From Eubacteriales bacterium (GTDB taxonomy: Bacteria > Bacillota > Clostridia > Oscillospirales > QAKW01), in the NCBI GenBank assembly GCA_045576575.1, contig JAZNGR010000183.1, positions 1 through 37,801 of the forward strand: 37,801 bases of DNA. Direction: 5' to 3'. The stretch's first letter is position 1; every line of letters begins with the position of its first letter. A program made the translations under genes and the position numbers. Shown piece after piece: positions 26,993 to 36,308 of this stretch. The notes beneath the pieces are model-generated. The model was not told where the DNA came from. It saw nothing but the letters and a program-made list of their open reading frames with translations, and made no database searches.

Positions 26993-27774
26993 TAAAAATT
27001 CTCTTTATTCAGGAAGGCCTGGGTCTTGGGGCTCTTAGGATGATCAAAGACCTCCTCGGGAGTACCCCATTCCTCGATCACGCCATCGGCCATAAAGATG
27101 ACCTTATCGGCCACATGCTTGGCAAATTCCATTTCATGGGTCACCACAATCATGGTGCTATCGGAATTTTTCAAGCCGCGGATCACCTTCAACACCTCGC
27201 CGGTCAATTCGGGATCCAGCGCCGAGGTAGGCTCATCGAAGCAGAGGATATCCGGCTCCATGGCAAGGGCTCTTGCGATGGAGACCCGCTGCTGCTGACC
27301 GCCCGAGAGTTGTTGAGGATAGTTGGTCATCCGATCCGCAAGACCCATACGAGTGAGCAAGGCTTTCGCCTGCTCTTCAATCTCCTCATGGATGGCTTTT
27401 TTATTGGTTTTATAATCGGGGCGCTCCTTGGCAAGAAGCTCCTTCGCCAGCATGACATTTTTCAGCGCGGTATATTGAGGGAAGAGGTTAAAGGACTGAA
27501 AGACCAGACCGAAATGCAACCGCTTTTTGCGGATCTCGTCTTCCTTATGGGTCGCCTTATCAGCGGCATCAAAAAGAGTTTCTCCATTCAATTGGATGGT
27601 ACCGTTATCGGGGGTCTCCAAAAAGTTCAAGCAACGCAAGAGGGTCGTCTTTCCGCTGCCGGAAGAGCCAATAATCGCCAAAACCTCCCCCTTTTCCAAG
27701 GTGAAGGAGATATCCTCCAATACGCGAGTGGAACCGAAATGCTTTTCAATATTACGAATCTCTAAAAATGACAT
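26992..27774 (-). CDS. Polar amino acid ABC transporter ATP-binding protein
   Basis: [28 protein letters not shown]. Confidence 0.92.
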   Translation of the reverse strand: MSFLEIRNIEKHFGSTRVLEDISFTLEKGEVLAIIGSSGSGKTTLLRCLNFLETPDNGTIQLNGETLFDAADKATHKEDEIRKKRLHFGLVFQSFNLFPQYTALKNVMLAKELLAKERPDYKTNKKAIHEEIEEQAKALLTRMGLADRMTNYPQQLSGGQQQRVSIARALAMEPDILCFDEPTSALDPELTGEVLKVIRGLKNSDSTMIVVTHEMEFAKHVADKVIFMADGVIEEWGTPEEVFDHPKSPKTQAFLNKENF

Positions 27775-27786
27775 CTCGACACCCCC

Positions 27787-28476
27787 TTATGCCTGGAAAT
27801 AACTGAGTTTCTTCTCCAATTTGCCCAAAATAATGGTGAGCACACCGTTGAAGATCAGATAATAAATACCGGTAAAGAACAAGGGCCATACCAAGCCCGA
27901 AAGGCCGCGGGAGCCCTTCATAAAGGCCTCGCCCGCCCAGATGACCTCCTGCAGGGAGATGATCCGCGCCAGGGAGGTATCCTTCACCAGGGTAATGATC
28001 TCATTGGACATGGGCGGCACGATCCGCTTCACCATCTGCATCAGGGTGACCTTAAAGAAGATTTGCCCCTTCTTCATGCCCAACACCTGACCTGCCTCCT
28101 GCTGGCCACGGGGAACTCCCTCGATGCCGCTGCGGTAGATCTCGGAGAAATAGCAGGCGTAGTTTAAGATAAAGGCCACTGCCGACGCAATAAAGCGCCC
28201 GCTTTCGCCGCCGCCCCAAGGATTAAAGCCGAATAAGAGGCCGGGGCCATAGAAGATGATCATCAGCTGAAGCATCAGCGGACTGCCCCGCACGATCCAA
28301 ATGATGGTCTTGGTGAGATATTTCAACGGCGCGAATTTGCTCATGGAGCAAAAGGAAATCAAAAGACCCAGCGGCATGGCACCCAAAAGGGTGACAGCGA
28401 AAAGTTTCAAGGTCTGCAGAAATCCACTGTTCAGCGCGTCGATGACAATGGGAAGTTGCTCTAAAAACTGTTGCAT
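27787..28476 (-). CDS. Polar amino acid ABC transporter permease
   Basis: RGSPLMLQL, SEIYRSGI..V..GQ.EA (EAA loop), LVKDTSL. Confidence 0.92.
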   Translation of the reverse strand: MQQFLEQLPIVIDALNSGFLQTLKLFAVTLLGAMPLGLLISFCSMSKFAPLKYLTKTIIWIVRGSPLMLQLMIIFYGPGLLFGFNPWGGGESGRFIASAVAFILNYACYFSEIYRSGIEGVPRGQQEAGQVLGMKKGQIFFKVTLMQMVKRIVPPMSNEIITLVKDTSLARIISLQEVIWAGEAFMKGSRGLSGLVWPLFFTGIYYLIFNGVLTIILGKLEKKLSYFQA

Positions 28477-28502
28477 TTCAATAATCCTTACTTACAGCCT
28501 AA

Positions 28503-28533
28503 AAGCAGAGGGGTGCAAAACACCCCTCTGCTT
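28503..28533 (-). terminator. Intercistronic stem-loop after the binding-protein gene
   Basis: AAGCAGAGGGGTG-caaaa-CACCCCTCTGCTT perfect 13-bp stem. Confidence 0.65.
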
Positions 28534-28553
28534 AAGGTTATTTTTTAAAAATC

Positions 28554-29342
28554 TTATTTCTGCTCGATGACGTTATCGGCGATCTTATAAGTATTGCCCA
28601 GCTCGGCAATGGTGCCGTCGGCATAAGCGCTTACAAAGAACTCATTGAGCTTGGCAACCAGATCGGAGCCCTTACGGAAGCCGACACCGTATTCCTCGCT
28701 GTTCAGTTCCAAAGTATAAACCAGATCGGCATAATCGGTGCCTTCACCGATCATGGCGCCTGCCATCAGCATATCGATGATGGCGGCATCGCTGGTACCG
28801 GACTTGACTTCCATCAGAGTCTTGGCCTGATCCTCAACGGGAACGGTGGTAAAGCCATTGGCCTCGGCCATCTCTTCACCGGCGGAGCCATCCTCCACGG
28901 CAAAGCGCAGATCCTTCATGCTCTCAACGGTGGTATACTTGGCGGCATTCTCCTTGCTCATCACAACAACCTGAGCGTTCTTGCAGTAAGCATTGGAAAC
29001 ATCCATTACAGCCTTCACATCGTCGGTAATGGTCATACCGTTCCATACCACGTCGATGGTCTTGGAAGCCAGTTCATTATGCTTCTGACCCCAGGTGATG
29101 AGGGAAAATTCAACATCTACACCCAAAGATTCGGCAAAAGCCTTGGCAAGATCTGCATCAAAGCCGACCCATTCGCCATTGGCATCTTGATAATCCATGG
29201 GAGCAAAATCGGTAATACCGACAACCAATACGCCCTTATCCTTCACATACTCGGAATCGGTCTTATCACCGCCGCAGGCGCACATGGTTACTAACATTAC
29301 AGCAATCGCCAGCAGAGCCAGCACTCTTTTCATCATTTTCAT
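28554..29342 (-). CDS. Polar amino acid ABC substrate-binding lipoprotein (SBP_bac_3; possibly histidine or another basic amino acid)
   Basis: Lipobox MCAC; FAPM, GFDADLA, WNGMTIT, EEYGVGFRKG; ATG 29342 lies 8 nt after GGAGG. Confidence 0.9.
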   Translation of the reverse strand: MKMMKRVLALLAIAVMLVTMCACGGDKTDSEYVKDKGVLVVGITDFAPMDYQDANGEWVGFDADLAKAFAESLGVDVEFSLITWGQKHNELASKTIDVVWNGMTITDDVKAVMDVSNAYCKNAQVVVMSKENAAKYTTVESMKDLRFAVEDGSAGEEMAEANGFTTVPVEDQAKTLMEVKSGTSDAAIIDMLMAGAMIGEGTDYADLVYTLELNSEEYGVGFRKGSDLVAKLNEFFVSAYADGTIAELGNTYKIADNVIEQK

Positions 29343-29364
29343 TGGTTTATCCTCCAAATTTTAT

Positions 29365-29418
29365 TGCTTTACTTCGCTAAAGTGTTATCATAATAACATG
29401 CTTCTCACCATTTGTCAA
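29365..29418 (-). promoter_or_regulatory. SigA promoter with a HisR-like palindromic operator at the transcription start
   Basis: TTGACA(29418-29413)-N17-TATTAT(29395-29390); TGCTTTACTTCGCTAAAGTG at 29365-29384. Confidence 0.7.
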
Positions 29419-29445
29419 CACCTTTTTGAAAAAAATTTTATAAGA

Positions 29446-29478
29446 GAAAAAAGCGCTGTTTTACAACAGCGCTTTTTC
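29446..29478 (-). terminator. Intrinsic terminator of the met operon, overlapping the metH stop codon
   Basis: AAAAAGCGCTGTT-ttac-AACAGCGCTTTTT. Confidence 0.75.
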
Positions 29479-31839
29479 GGCATAACGGACCGCTTCCATC
29501 GCATCTTTGCAGTAATGATCGGCGCCGATTCTCTCGCCATACTCCTTGGTCAGCACCGCGCCGCCCACTACGATCTTGCACCATGGCGCTTTTTCTCTTA
29601 AAAGGCGGATGGTTTCTTCCATCGCCGGAACGGTGGTGGTCATCAAGGCACTGAGACCCACCAAGGGGGCATGCAGTTCTGCCGCCTTTTCGGCAATGAT
29701 CGCGGGAGGAACATCCTTCCCCAGATCCACCACCTCATAACCATAATTCTCCAGCAAAAGTTTGACAATATTTTTTCCGATATCATGGATATCACCATAA
29801 ACCGTTGCCAACACAAAGATCCCCTTGCCTGCCCCTTTTTCACTTGCGCTCATATGGCATTTGATGACTTCAAAAGCGCTCTTTGCCGCCTCGGCACTCA
29901 TCAGCAGTTGGGGCAGGTAAACGGTCTTCTTCTCAAAACCCTCTCCAACCGTATTCAAGGCGGGAATGATCTCGCGGTTCACGATCTCCAGCGGAGCAAT
30001 TGTTTGGAGCAAGACTTTGGTTTGCTCCGCCGCCTGCTCTTTAAAACCCTTCATAATGGCTTTTTGCAACCCACTTCCCACTGCCTCACCTTTGGCTTGG
30101 GGCGCTGCACTGAGGGCGGCAGTAAAAAGATGGGCATGGTTGATATAATCACCGCAGTTGGAATCCAAGCCCTTCAGTGCCCGATAGGTATAGTAGGTAC
30201 GCATCATATCAACGGAATGAGGATTCATAATGGCAGCGGAAAGCCCTTCTTGCAACGCAAGAGCAAAAAAGGTGCTGTTGATGGCATCCCGATTGGGAAG
30301 TCCAAAGGAAACATTAGAGACTCCCAAGGAAGTATGGCATCCAAGGGTATTCTTGATGGCTTTAAGCGAAGAAAGGGTTGCAAGGGCTGCCTTATTATCG
30401 GCGCTCACCGTCATGGCAAGGGGATCAAAAATAATATCCTTTTTCTCAATCCCATAGTTGCCCGCGACCTTTAGGATCTTTTGGGCAATTTGAACTCTTT
30501 CCTCGGCGGTGGCAGGGATTCCTTGTTCATCCAAAGTCAGCGCCACCACCAAGCCGCCGTATTTTTTCACCAGCGGGAAGACCGCATCCATACTTTCTTT
30601 TTTGCCATTGACGGAATTGACCATGGCTTTTCCGTTATAACGGCGCAATGCCCCTTCCATGGCAACAGGATCGGCGGTATCAATTTGCAACGGCAGATCC
30701 AAAACCGCCTGCAGTTCGCAGACTGCCTCCTGCAACAAAGCAGGCTCATCCACTTCGGGAAGACCTACATTTACATCTAAAATATGCGCGCCGCTCTCTT
30801 GCTGGCGCACCCCTTCGGCAAGAATATAATCCATATCCCCTTCCAAAAGCGCTTGCTTGAATCGCTTTTTGCCGGTAGGATTGATTCGCTCTCCAATCAA
30901 AACGGGAGCAACTCCGAACTCTACCGCATGGGTATAAGAAGAAACCAATGTATTCATCTTCTTTTCAAGGGGTTTTGGCTGCAGACTTGCGGTCTGCTTC
31001 ACCAAGGCTTGAATATACGCAGGAGTTGTACCGCAACAGCCGCCCACAACCCGCAGACCTTTTTTCACCAGATCCGCCACCTCGGCGGCAAATTCCTCGG
31101 CGGTGATATCAAAAACGGTCTTTCCGTTTTCAAGTTTGGGGAGCCCCGCATTGGGTTGCAGCAAAACCGGCACCGAGGCATAGTTCAGCAGTTCCTCGGC
31201 AACGCCACGCAATTGCTTGGGGCCCAAAGAGCAATTGGCGCCCAAGGCATCCACTCCCAAGCCCTCCAGCATGGCAACCATGGCAACGGGATCGGCACCG
31301 GTCATCAACTTGCCGTCTTCTCCATACGCATTGGATACCAAAACGGGCAAGTCGCTATTCTCTTTCGCCGCAAGGACTGCCGCTTTGGTTTCATAACTAT
31401 CGTTCATGGTCTCAATTAAAATGAGATCCACGCCGTATTTCACACCCAGCCGCACCGTTTGGGCAAAAATCGCCACCGCCTCTTCAAAATCCAAATCCCC
31501 CAAGGGCTTCAGCAGTTTTCCGGTGGGACCGATATCAAGAGCAATAAACTGAGCCTTCCCTTTTTGCTTGGCCTCTTTGGCATTGGAAACGGCGGCAGCA
31601 ACAATCTCTTCCAACTCCTCGGCAGAGAATTTCAACCGGTTGGCGCCAAACGTATTGGTGGTCACCACATTGCTCCCTGCTTCAAAATAGGCGCGATGGA
31701 TCGCGGTGATCACCTCGGGATGACTGAGATTCCAGCGCTCAGGCAATTCTCCGGGCAACAGCCCTTTTTCCTGCAACAGCGTTCCCATACCGCCGTCTAA
31801 ATACACGATTTTTTCTTTTAAAAACTGCAAAAAAGTCAT
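29461..31839 (-). CDS. metH: Cobalamin-dependent methionine synthase (homocysteine, pterin and B12 domains; lacks the activation domain)
   Basis: LDGGMGT, GANCS, GGCCGT, IGERINPTG, DIHDIGKN, GLSALMTT. Confidence 0.93.
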   Translation of the reverse strand: MTFLQFLKEKIVYLDGGMGTLLQEKGLLPGELPERWNLSHPEVITAIHRAYFEAGSNVVTTNTFGANRLKFSAEELEEIVAAAVSNAKEAKQKGKAQFIALDIGPTGKLLKPLGDLDFEEAVAIFAQTVRLGVKYGVDLILIETMNDSYETKAAVLAAKENSDLPVLVSNAYGEDGKLMTGADPVAMVAMLEGLGVDALGANCSLGPKQLRGVAEELLNYASVPVLLQPNAGLPKLENGKTVFDITAEEFAAEVADLVKKGLRVVGGCCGTTPAYIQALVKQTASLQPKPLEKKMNTLVSSYTHAVEFGVAPVLIGERINPTGKKRFKQALLEGDMDYILAEGVRQQESGAHILDVNVGLPEVDEPALLQEAVCELQAVLDLPLQIDTADPVAMEGALRRYNGKAMVNSVNGKKESMDAVFPLVKKYGGLVVALTLDEQGIPATAEERVQIAQKILKVAGNYGIEKKDIIFDPLAMTVSADNKAALATLSSLKAIKNTLGCHTSLGVSNVSFGLPNRDAINSTFFALALQEGLSAAIMNPHSVDMMRTYYTYRALKGLDSNCGDYINHAHLFTAALSAAPQAKGEAVGSGLQKAIMKGFKEQAAEQTKVLLQTIAPLEIVNREIIPALNTVGEGFEKKTVYLPQLLMSAEAAKSAFEVIKCHMSASEKGAGKGIFVLATVYGDIHDIGKNIVKLLLENYGYEVVDLGKDVPPAIIAEKAAELHAPLVGLSALMTTTVPAMEETIRLLREKAPWCKIVVGGAVLTKEYGERIGADHYCKDAMEAVRYAEKALL

Positions 31840-31848
31840 CTGATCCCT

Positions 31849-32421
31849 CTATCTTCCCATCAATGCCGTCACCGATTTGGTGGGGGACATCAATAGGCTT
31901 TCATTTAATGTAACGCCGATTCGCTTGCTGCAATCCAAGAGTCCAACGATCTCTTTTTGAACCACCATGGAAAGGTCCCCATAGCCGGGGCTGAAGCGAG
32001 GTTTCTTTCCGCCCATCTCGGCGCAAAAAGCATCGCAAAGAGCTTCCACCCGCTCCGCGCCAATGGCTTGAAACATCAGCGCTTTTGCAGGAGAGAGGCG
32101 GCTATAACGCGCGATCAACCGATCAGGCACCACTCCAACGGTGGCGGCAAATAATACCACTTCGCAGCAACCTGCTAAATTTTTGGCAAGATCTTTGGAG
32201 CAGATCCGAAGAACACCAAGATCGCAAAAGTCCCCCTCCACAGTCAGCTCGAAAGTGCCATAGCAGACTTTATAAGTCCATGCTCCTTCGATTTCGGCTA
32301 GGCAATCTTCCAGCAACGCCAAGACGGACTCATCGACGTCCTTACAGCCTGCATAACGCAGGATCTCCCTTTTATTTATAGGAAGATCTTCATAGGTTTT
32401 TACTAAAATGGGTCCACTCAT
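31849..32421 (-). CDS. Stand-alone methionine synthase activation (AdoMet-binding) domain protein
   Basis: EILRYAG, LFAATVG, RFSPGYGDL, LMSPTKSVTA; adjacent to metH. Confidence 0.88.
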   Translation of the reverse strand: MSGPILVKTYEDLPINKREILRYAGCKDVDESVLALLEDCLAEIEGAWTYKVCYGTFELTVEGDFCDLGVLRICSKDLAKNLAGCCEVVLFAATVGVVPDRLIARYSRLSPAKALMFQAIGAERVEALCDAFCAEMGGKKPRFSPGYGDLSMVVQKEIVGLLDCSKRIGVTLNESLLMSPTKSVTALMGR

Positions 32422-33296
32422 TTGCCCAAAATATCCGAAAGGTTGCTTTGAATCTTAGCCGCCACATCAGGCTTATTCATAGAATAAACATGCACATTGG
32501 TAATGCCGTTGGCGTAAAGATCAATAATCTGATCGGTGGCATAAGCAATGCCCGCCTGCTTCATGGCGGCAGGATCGGAACCGAATTGATCCACCAGACT
32601 CTTGAAGCGCTGGGGCATAAAAGAGCCGGAAAGTTTCATGGCACGCTCCACCTGATTGGCATTGGTAATGGGCATAATGCCGGGGATGACCGGAACAGTG
32701 ATGCCCGCCTCTCTTATTTTATATAGGAAGTTATACAATAGATTATTATCAAAGAACATCTGGGTGGTAAGGAAATCACAGCCCGCTTCCACTTTTTCTT
32801 TCAAATAGCGAAGATCTTCTTTTTGGTTTACGCTCTCGGGATGGATCTCAGGATAGCAAGCACCGCCGATGCAAAAATCGGCTCCGGATTCCTTCAGTTC
32901 GCGCACCAACTCGATGGCATGATGATAATCCCATTGGCTACGGTCTGCAGATTGAAGTTCCGCGGGGATATCGCCTCTCAACGCCATGACGTTTTGGATC
33001 CCCGCAGCCTTGATGGCGGCAATCCGCTCTTGCACGGTACCTTTAGCAGAAGAAACGCAGGTAAGATGCGCCAAAGAGGGCACATTGTATTTCTGCTTGA
33101 TCTGCTTGGCAATATCCAAGGTATATTTACTGGTTCCGCCGCCTGCCCCATAGGTAACGCTCATAAAAGCGGGGCGCAGCTTGGCGATCTCCTCGGTGGC
33201 TTCCCGCACACTCTCAAAGCCGCTCTCGGTCTTGGGCGGAAAGACCTCAAAGGACAAGGTCAATTTATGTTGGTGAAGCAAATCAATGATCTTCAT
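32418..33296 (-). CDS. metF: 5,10-methylenetetrahydrofolate reductase
   Basis: SFEVFPPK, SVTYGAGG, AHLTCV, ALRGD, CYPEIH, TQMFFD; ATG 33296 follows GGAGGT. Confidence 0.95.
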   Translation of the reverse strand: MKIIDLLHQHKLTLSFEVFPPKTESGFESVREATEEIAKLRPAFMSVTYGAGGGTSKYTLDIAKQIKQKYNVPSLAHLTCVSSAKGTVQERIAAIKAAGIQNVMALRGDIPAELQSADRSQWDYHHAIELVRELKESGADFCIGGACYPEIHPESVNQKEDLRYLKEKVEAGCDFLTTQMFFDNNLLYNFLYKIREAGITVPVIPGIMPITNANQVERAMKLSGSFMPQRFKSLVDQFGSDPAAMKQAGIAYATDQIIDLYANGITNVHVYSMNKPDVAAKIQSNLSDILGK

Positions 33297-33325
33297 GAGT
33301 ACCTCCAAAGTATTGGTCTTTTCAC

Positions 33326-33355
33326 ATTATACACCCTACCCACCGAAAAAATCAA
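33326..33355 (-). promoter_or_regulatory. SigA promoter of the metF operon
   Basis: TTGATT-N18-TATAAT. Confidence 0.55.
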
Positions 33356-33357
33356 GT

Positions 33358-33387
33358 GCACCGCTTTTCAAGGGCGTGCATACCATA
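33358..33387 (+). promoter_or_regulatory. SigmaK-type sporulation promoter
   Basis: AC-N17-CATACCATA matches AC-N16/17-CATANNNTA; spoVF is a known sigmaK target in Bacillus subtilis. Confidence 0.7.
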
Positions 33388-33460
33388 AGGTAGAGCGTAA
33401 ATCCGCCTTTTTGAGACGAAGTTTGGATATTTCGTTCTACCCTAAACCAGAGGTGAGCAT

Positions 33461-34243
33461 ATGCGATTTCATATCATGGGTGGAGATGTTCGCCAGCGGT
33501 ATCTCGCCGCCTACATCGCCGCCAAAGGCTTTGAGGTAACAACCTCATATTTGGGAGAGGACACTTCACCCGATTGGGAAGCAGATACGCTGATTCTGCC
33601 GCTCCCCACCAGTCGCGACGGTGATTGGCTCCATACTCCCTTATCCAAAAAAAGAATCCCCTTGGAGGAGATCCAAGAACGCAACCGCAGTCGGTTTCTT
33701 TTCGGCGGGATGCTACCAAAAGGCTTTTGCGGCACCGATTATTTTGACGCAGAAGAGGTAACCCTCGCCAACGCAGTTCCCACCGCAGAAGGTGCCCTTG
33801 CCCTCGCTATTGCCAATACTCCGTTTACCTTGGGGGGAGCGTCGGCTTTGATCTTGGGTGGCGGGCGGATCGGGCAGATCCTTACCTTAAAACTGCGTGC
33901 TTTGGGAGCCGATGTTACTGTTGGGGCGCGGCGGGCAGAGACCCTCGCCCTTTGCCGCACTCTTGGTGCAAAAGGCTGTTTTTATGAGGATCTTCCCTAT
34001 CATCGGTTTCGCTTGATCTTCAACACGGTACCTGCCACCATCTTGGATGAAGAACGCTTGAAAAAATTCCCCCAAGGTGCCTTGCTGATGGAACTTGCCT
34101 CCGCGCCCGGTGGATTCGATCCCACCCTTGCGGTCTGCCAAGGACTTACCGTTCTTAATGCCCAAGGGTTACCGGGCAAATATGCACCCGAAACCGCCGC
34201 CAAGATCATCGGCGACTACATTTTAAAGGAGATAGACCATTGA
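33461..34243 (+). CDS. spoVFA: Dipicolinate synthase subunit A
   Basis: GGDVRQ, NAVPTAEGA, LGGGRIG, FNTVP, ELASAPGG, GLPGKYAPETA. Confidence 0.92.
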   Translation: MRFHIMGGDVRQRYLAAYIAAKGFEVTTSYLGEDTSPDWEADTLILPLPTSRDGDWLHTPLSKKRIPLEEIQERNRSRFLFGGMLPKGFCGTDYFDAEEVTLANAVPTAEGALALAIANTPFTLGGASALILGGGRIGQILTLKLRALGADVTVGARRAETLALCRTLGAKGCFYEDLPYHRFRLIFNTVPATILDEERLKKFPQGALLMELASAPGGFDPTLAVCQGLTVLNAQGLPGKYAPETAAKIIGDYILKEIDH

Positions 34244-34809
34244 ACAAGACCCCTATCGGCATTGCGCTGACCGGTTCCTTTTGTACGTTTAATACGGTAC
34301 TGGACGCCCTTTTGCCTTTAAAGGATGTTTATGAACTATACCCCATCATGTCGCCCGCAAGTTATACCTGCGACACCCGTTTTGGAACTGCCGCAGAGTT
34401 TCGGCAGCGGTTAGAGACCCTTTGCGGCAGAGAGATTTGGCATACCATTCCCCAAGTGGAGCCCATCGGTCCCAAAAAAATCATTGAGGCGCTACTGATC
34501 GCCCCCTGCACCGCCAATTCCTTGGCAAAGCTTGCTCTCGGCATTGCCGATACAGCGGTGACCATGGCAGCAAAATCCACCTTACGCAACGACCGACCGG
34601 TGATCCTTGCCCTTTCCACCAACGACGCCCTTTCCGGCGCCGCTAAAAACATCGGTGCGCTACAGGCGACCCGCAACTATTACTTTGTTCCCTATAATCA
34701 GGATAACGCCAAAGAAAAACCCCGCTCCTGCGTAGCGCATTTCGATCTGCTGTTGCCAACGGTGGAGGCGGCGCTTCAAGGAAAACAAATACAGCCGATT
34801 CTGGCATAG
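34240..34809 (+). CDS. spoVFB: Dipicolinate synthase subunit B
   Basis: ALTGSFCT, DTRFG, EPIGP, IAPCTAN, STNDAL, QIQP. Confidence 0.94.
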   Translation: MNKTPIGIALTGSFCTFNTVLDALLPLKDVYELYPIMSPASYTCDTRFGTAAEFRQRLETLCGREIWHTIPQVEPIGPKKIIEALLIAPCTANSLAKLALGIADTAVTMAAKSTLRNDRPVILALSTNDALSGAAKNIGALQATRNYYFVPYNQDNAKEKPRSCVAHFDLLLPTVEAALQGKQIQPILA

Positions 34810-34840
34810 AAAAAACCACCTGCAAAGCAGGTGGTTTTTT
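34810..34840. terminator. Bidirectional intrinsic terminator
   Basis: AAAAAACCACCTGC-aaa-GCAGGTGGTTTTTT. Confidence 0.88.
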
Positions 34841-34841
34841 A

Positions 34842-35636
34842 TTATTCATCAATTGCTTTACGCATCTTGACCATGGCGGCATACAGCCGACGGCACCATT
34901 CCTCATAAGACAGCTTGCCGTAAAGTTCTTTCTGGCGCTCATTCTTTTCGTTGCTGAAAATACTCTCGGTCAGCAAGGTCCCCTGATAGCCGCTCTTTTT
35001 AAAGCGAGCGATCACCCCATCGAAATCCAAAACACCGTCATAGGGGATCAGATGGTCGTCATTGGGATAGCCGGAATTATCATGGATATGGGTACAAAGC
35101 ATCCGCTTGCCAAACAATCCAAGAAAATCATATTTGGAATCGGTATAGCAAACCTCATGTCCGCTATCATAACAATAGCCCGCTTCGGGATACCGCTCCA
35201 TCACATAGGCGAGATTCGCAAGCTTGCGAATATTCTCATAAGCCAGCTTCACTCCTGTTTTAGCGGAATGAGCCATCAGGCGATCTAAGCGCTCCTTGCC
35301 GATATCCGTAACAAAGGGAGCGTCAAAGCCGCTATCCAAATGCACAACGATCTTCTCCACACCACATTCGGCGGCAAGATCCAACTCCGCCATCAGATCG
35401 TCAATAAAGGCATCGCCCTCAGCGCCTTCCTGCCAGATGGAGTTGATGCCCCGAAAACGCCCATGGATATGATCGATCACCAAACCAAGCTCCACCGCCT
35501 TTTTGCAGGCCGCTCTCTTATCGAGAACGGGGGTGCTGATTCCAACCGCCTCAAAGCCAATCTCTTTGATCACCTTTAATTGCTCTTCGATGGTAAGCCC
35601 CTCCACAGGGGATAATGCAACGCCGATTTTTCTCAT
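34842..35636 (-). CDS. Sugar phosphate isomerase/epimerase (AP endonuclease 2 family)
   Basis: HIH, VVH, AYEN, CYDSGH, THIHDN, DDHLIPYDG. Confidence 0.88.
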   Translation of the reverse strand: MRKIGVALSPVEGLTIEEQLKVIKEIGFEAVGISTPVLDKRAACKKAVELGLVIDHIHGRFRGINSIWQEGAEGDAFIDDLMAELDLAAECGVEKIVVHLDSGFDAPFVTDIGKERLDRLMAHSAKTGVKLAYENIRKLANLAYVMERYPEAGYCYDSGHEVCYTDSKYDFLGLFGKRMLCTHIHDNSGYPNDDHLIPYDGVLDFDGVIARFKKSGYQGTLLTESIFSNEKNERQKELYGKLSYEEWCRRLYAAMVKMRKAIDE

Positions 35637-36190
35637 TGTTCATTTCCTTTCTTAAAGAGATCCTCATCCAAAACGACCTCCATGATCTTTTGGTAATAGC
35701 CGGCGGAGTTTTCTTTAAACCGCTCCGCCACATAATAGGCATCTTTTCGATCGGGCACCAGCACTTGATAGGAAAGCATCACTTCGCCGCCTTCTTTGAC
35801 GGTGCAGGTGACCAAAAAACCACTCTCCGAAGGTTCAATCTCGGTATAGACCGATTCATCCTCTTGCTTTTGCTTGAGCAGAGCATTCAGCGCCGCCAAC
35901 GTCTTGCTTTTAACATTATGGGGCAGCCGCTGTTCATATTCTTTTTCCACTTCCGCGCCCTTGGCAGTGATGCGATAACTGCTCATCTCTTCCAAAGAAG
36001 CAATATCCATCATTCCATCCATCAGCAGTTGCTCTGCCGCCTGGGCATAATCAAAATATTCCACCAATCCGTCTGCCATCATCACATCGGTCAGCTGGCT
36101 ATCTTTTAAGATACATCCTGCTTCCTTCAGCAAATAGAGGATCAAGGCTTTCACATCGGGAATTTCATGTAATCCGCCTAATTCGGGCAT
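35633..36190 (-). CDS. DUF4364-like winged-helix protein
   Basis: KALILYLL...LTDVMM..GLVEYF...YRITAKG pattern. Confidence 0.7.
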   Translation of the reverse strand: MPELGGLHEIPDVKALILYLLKEAGCILKDSQLTDVMMADGLVEYFDYAQAAEQLLMDGMMDIASLEEMSSYRITAKGAEVEKEYEQRLPHNVKSKTLAALNALLKQKQEDESVYTEIEPSESGFLVTCTVKEGGEVMLSYQVLVPDRKDAYYVAERFKENSAGYYQKIMEVVLDEDLFKKGNEQ

Positions 36191-36259
36191 AGGGCTACTC
36201 CTTTAATCTTTAATAACCTTATTATAATACGATTTTTTAGATAAAGCAAGAGAACAGCA

Positions 36260-36288
36260 TTGCAAATCAAGAACTTTTTTATTATAAT
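36260..36288 (+). promoter_or_regulatory. SigA promoter
   Basis: TTGCAA-N17-TATAAT. Confidence 0.65.
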
Positions 36289-36308
36289 ACTTAAAAGAGG
36301 TGATCATC

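Noticed and set aside
26992-27000. 6S RNA upstream of the 5-formyl-THF cyclo-ligase gene (a common linkage)
   Set aside because: There is no intergenic space; the gene overlaps the upstream ATPase stop codon
29461-32421. Split metH as a pseudogene or novelty
   Set aside because: A separate activation-domain gene is a known arrangement, and both ORFs are intact
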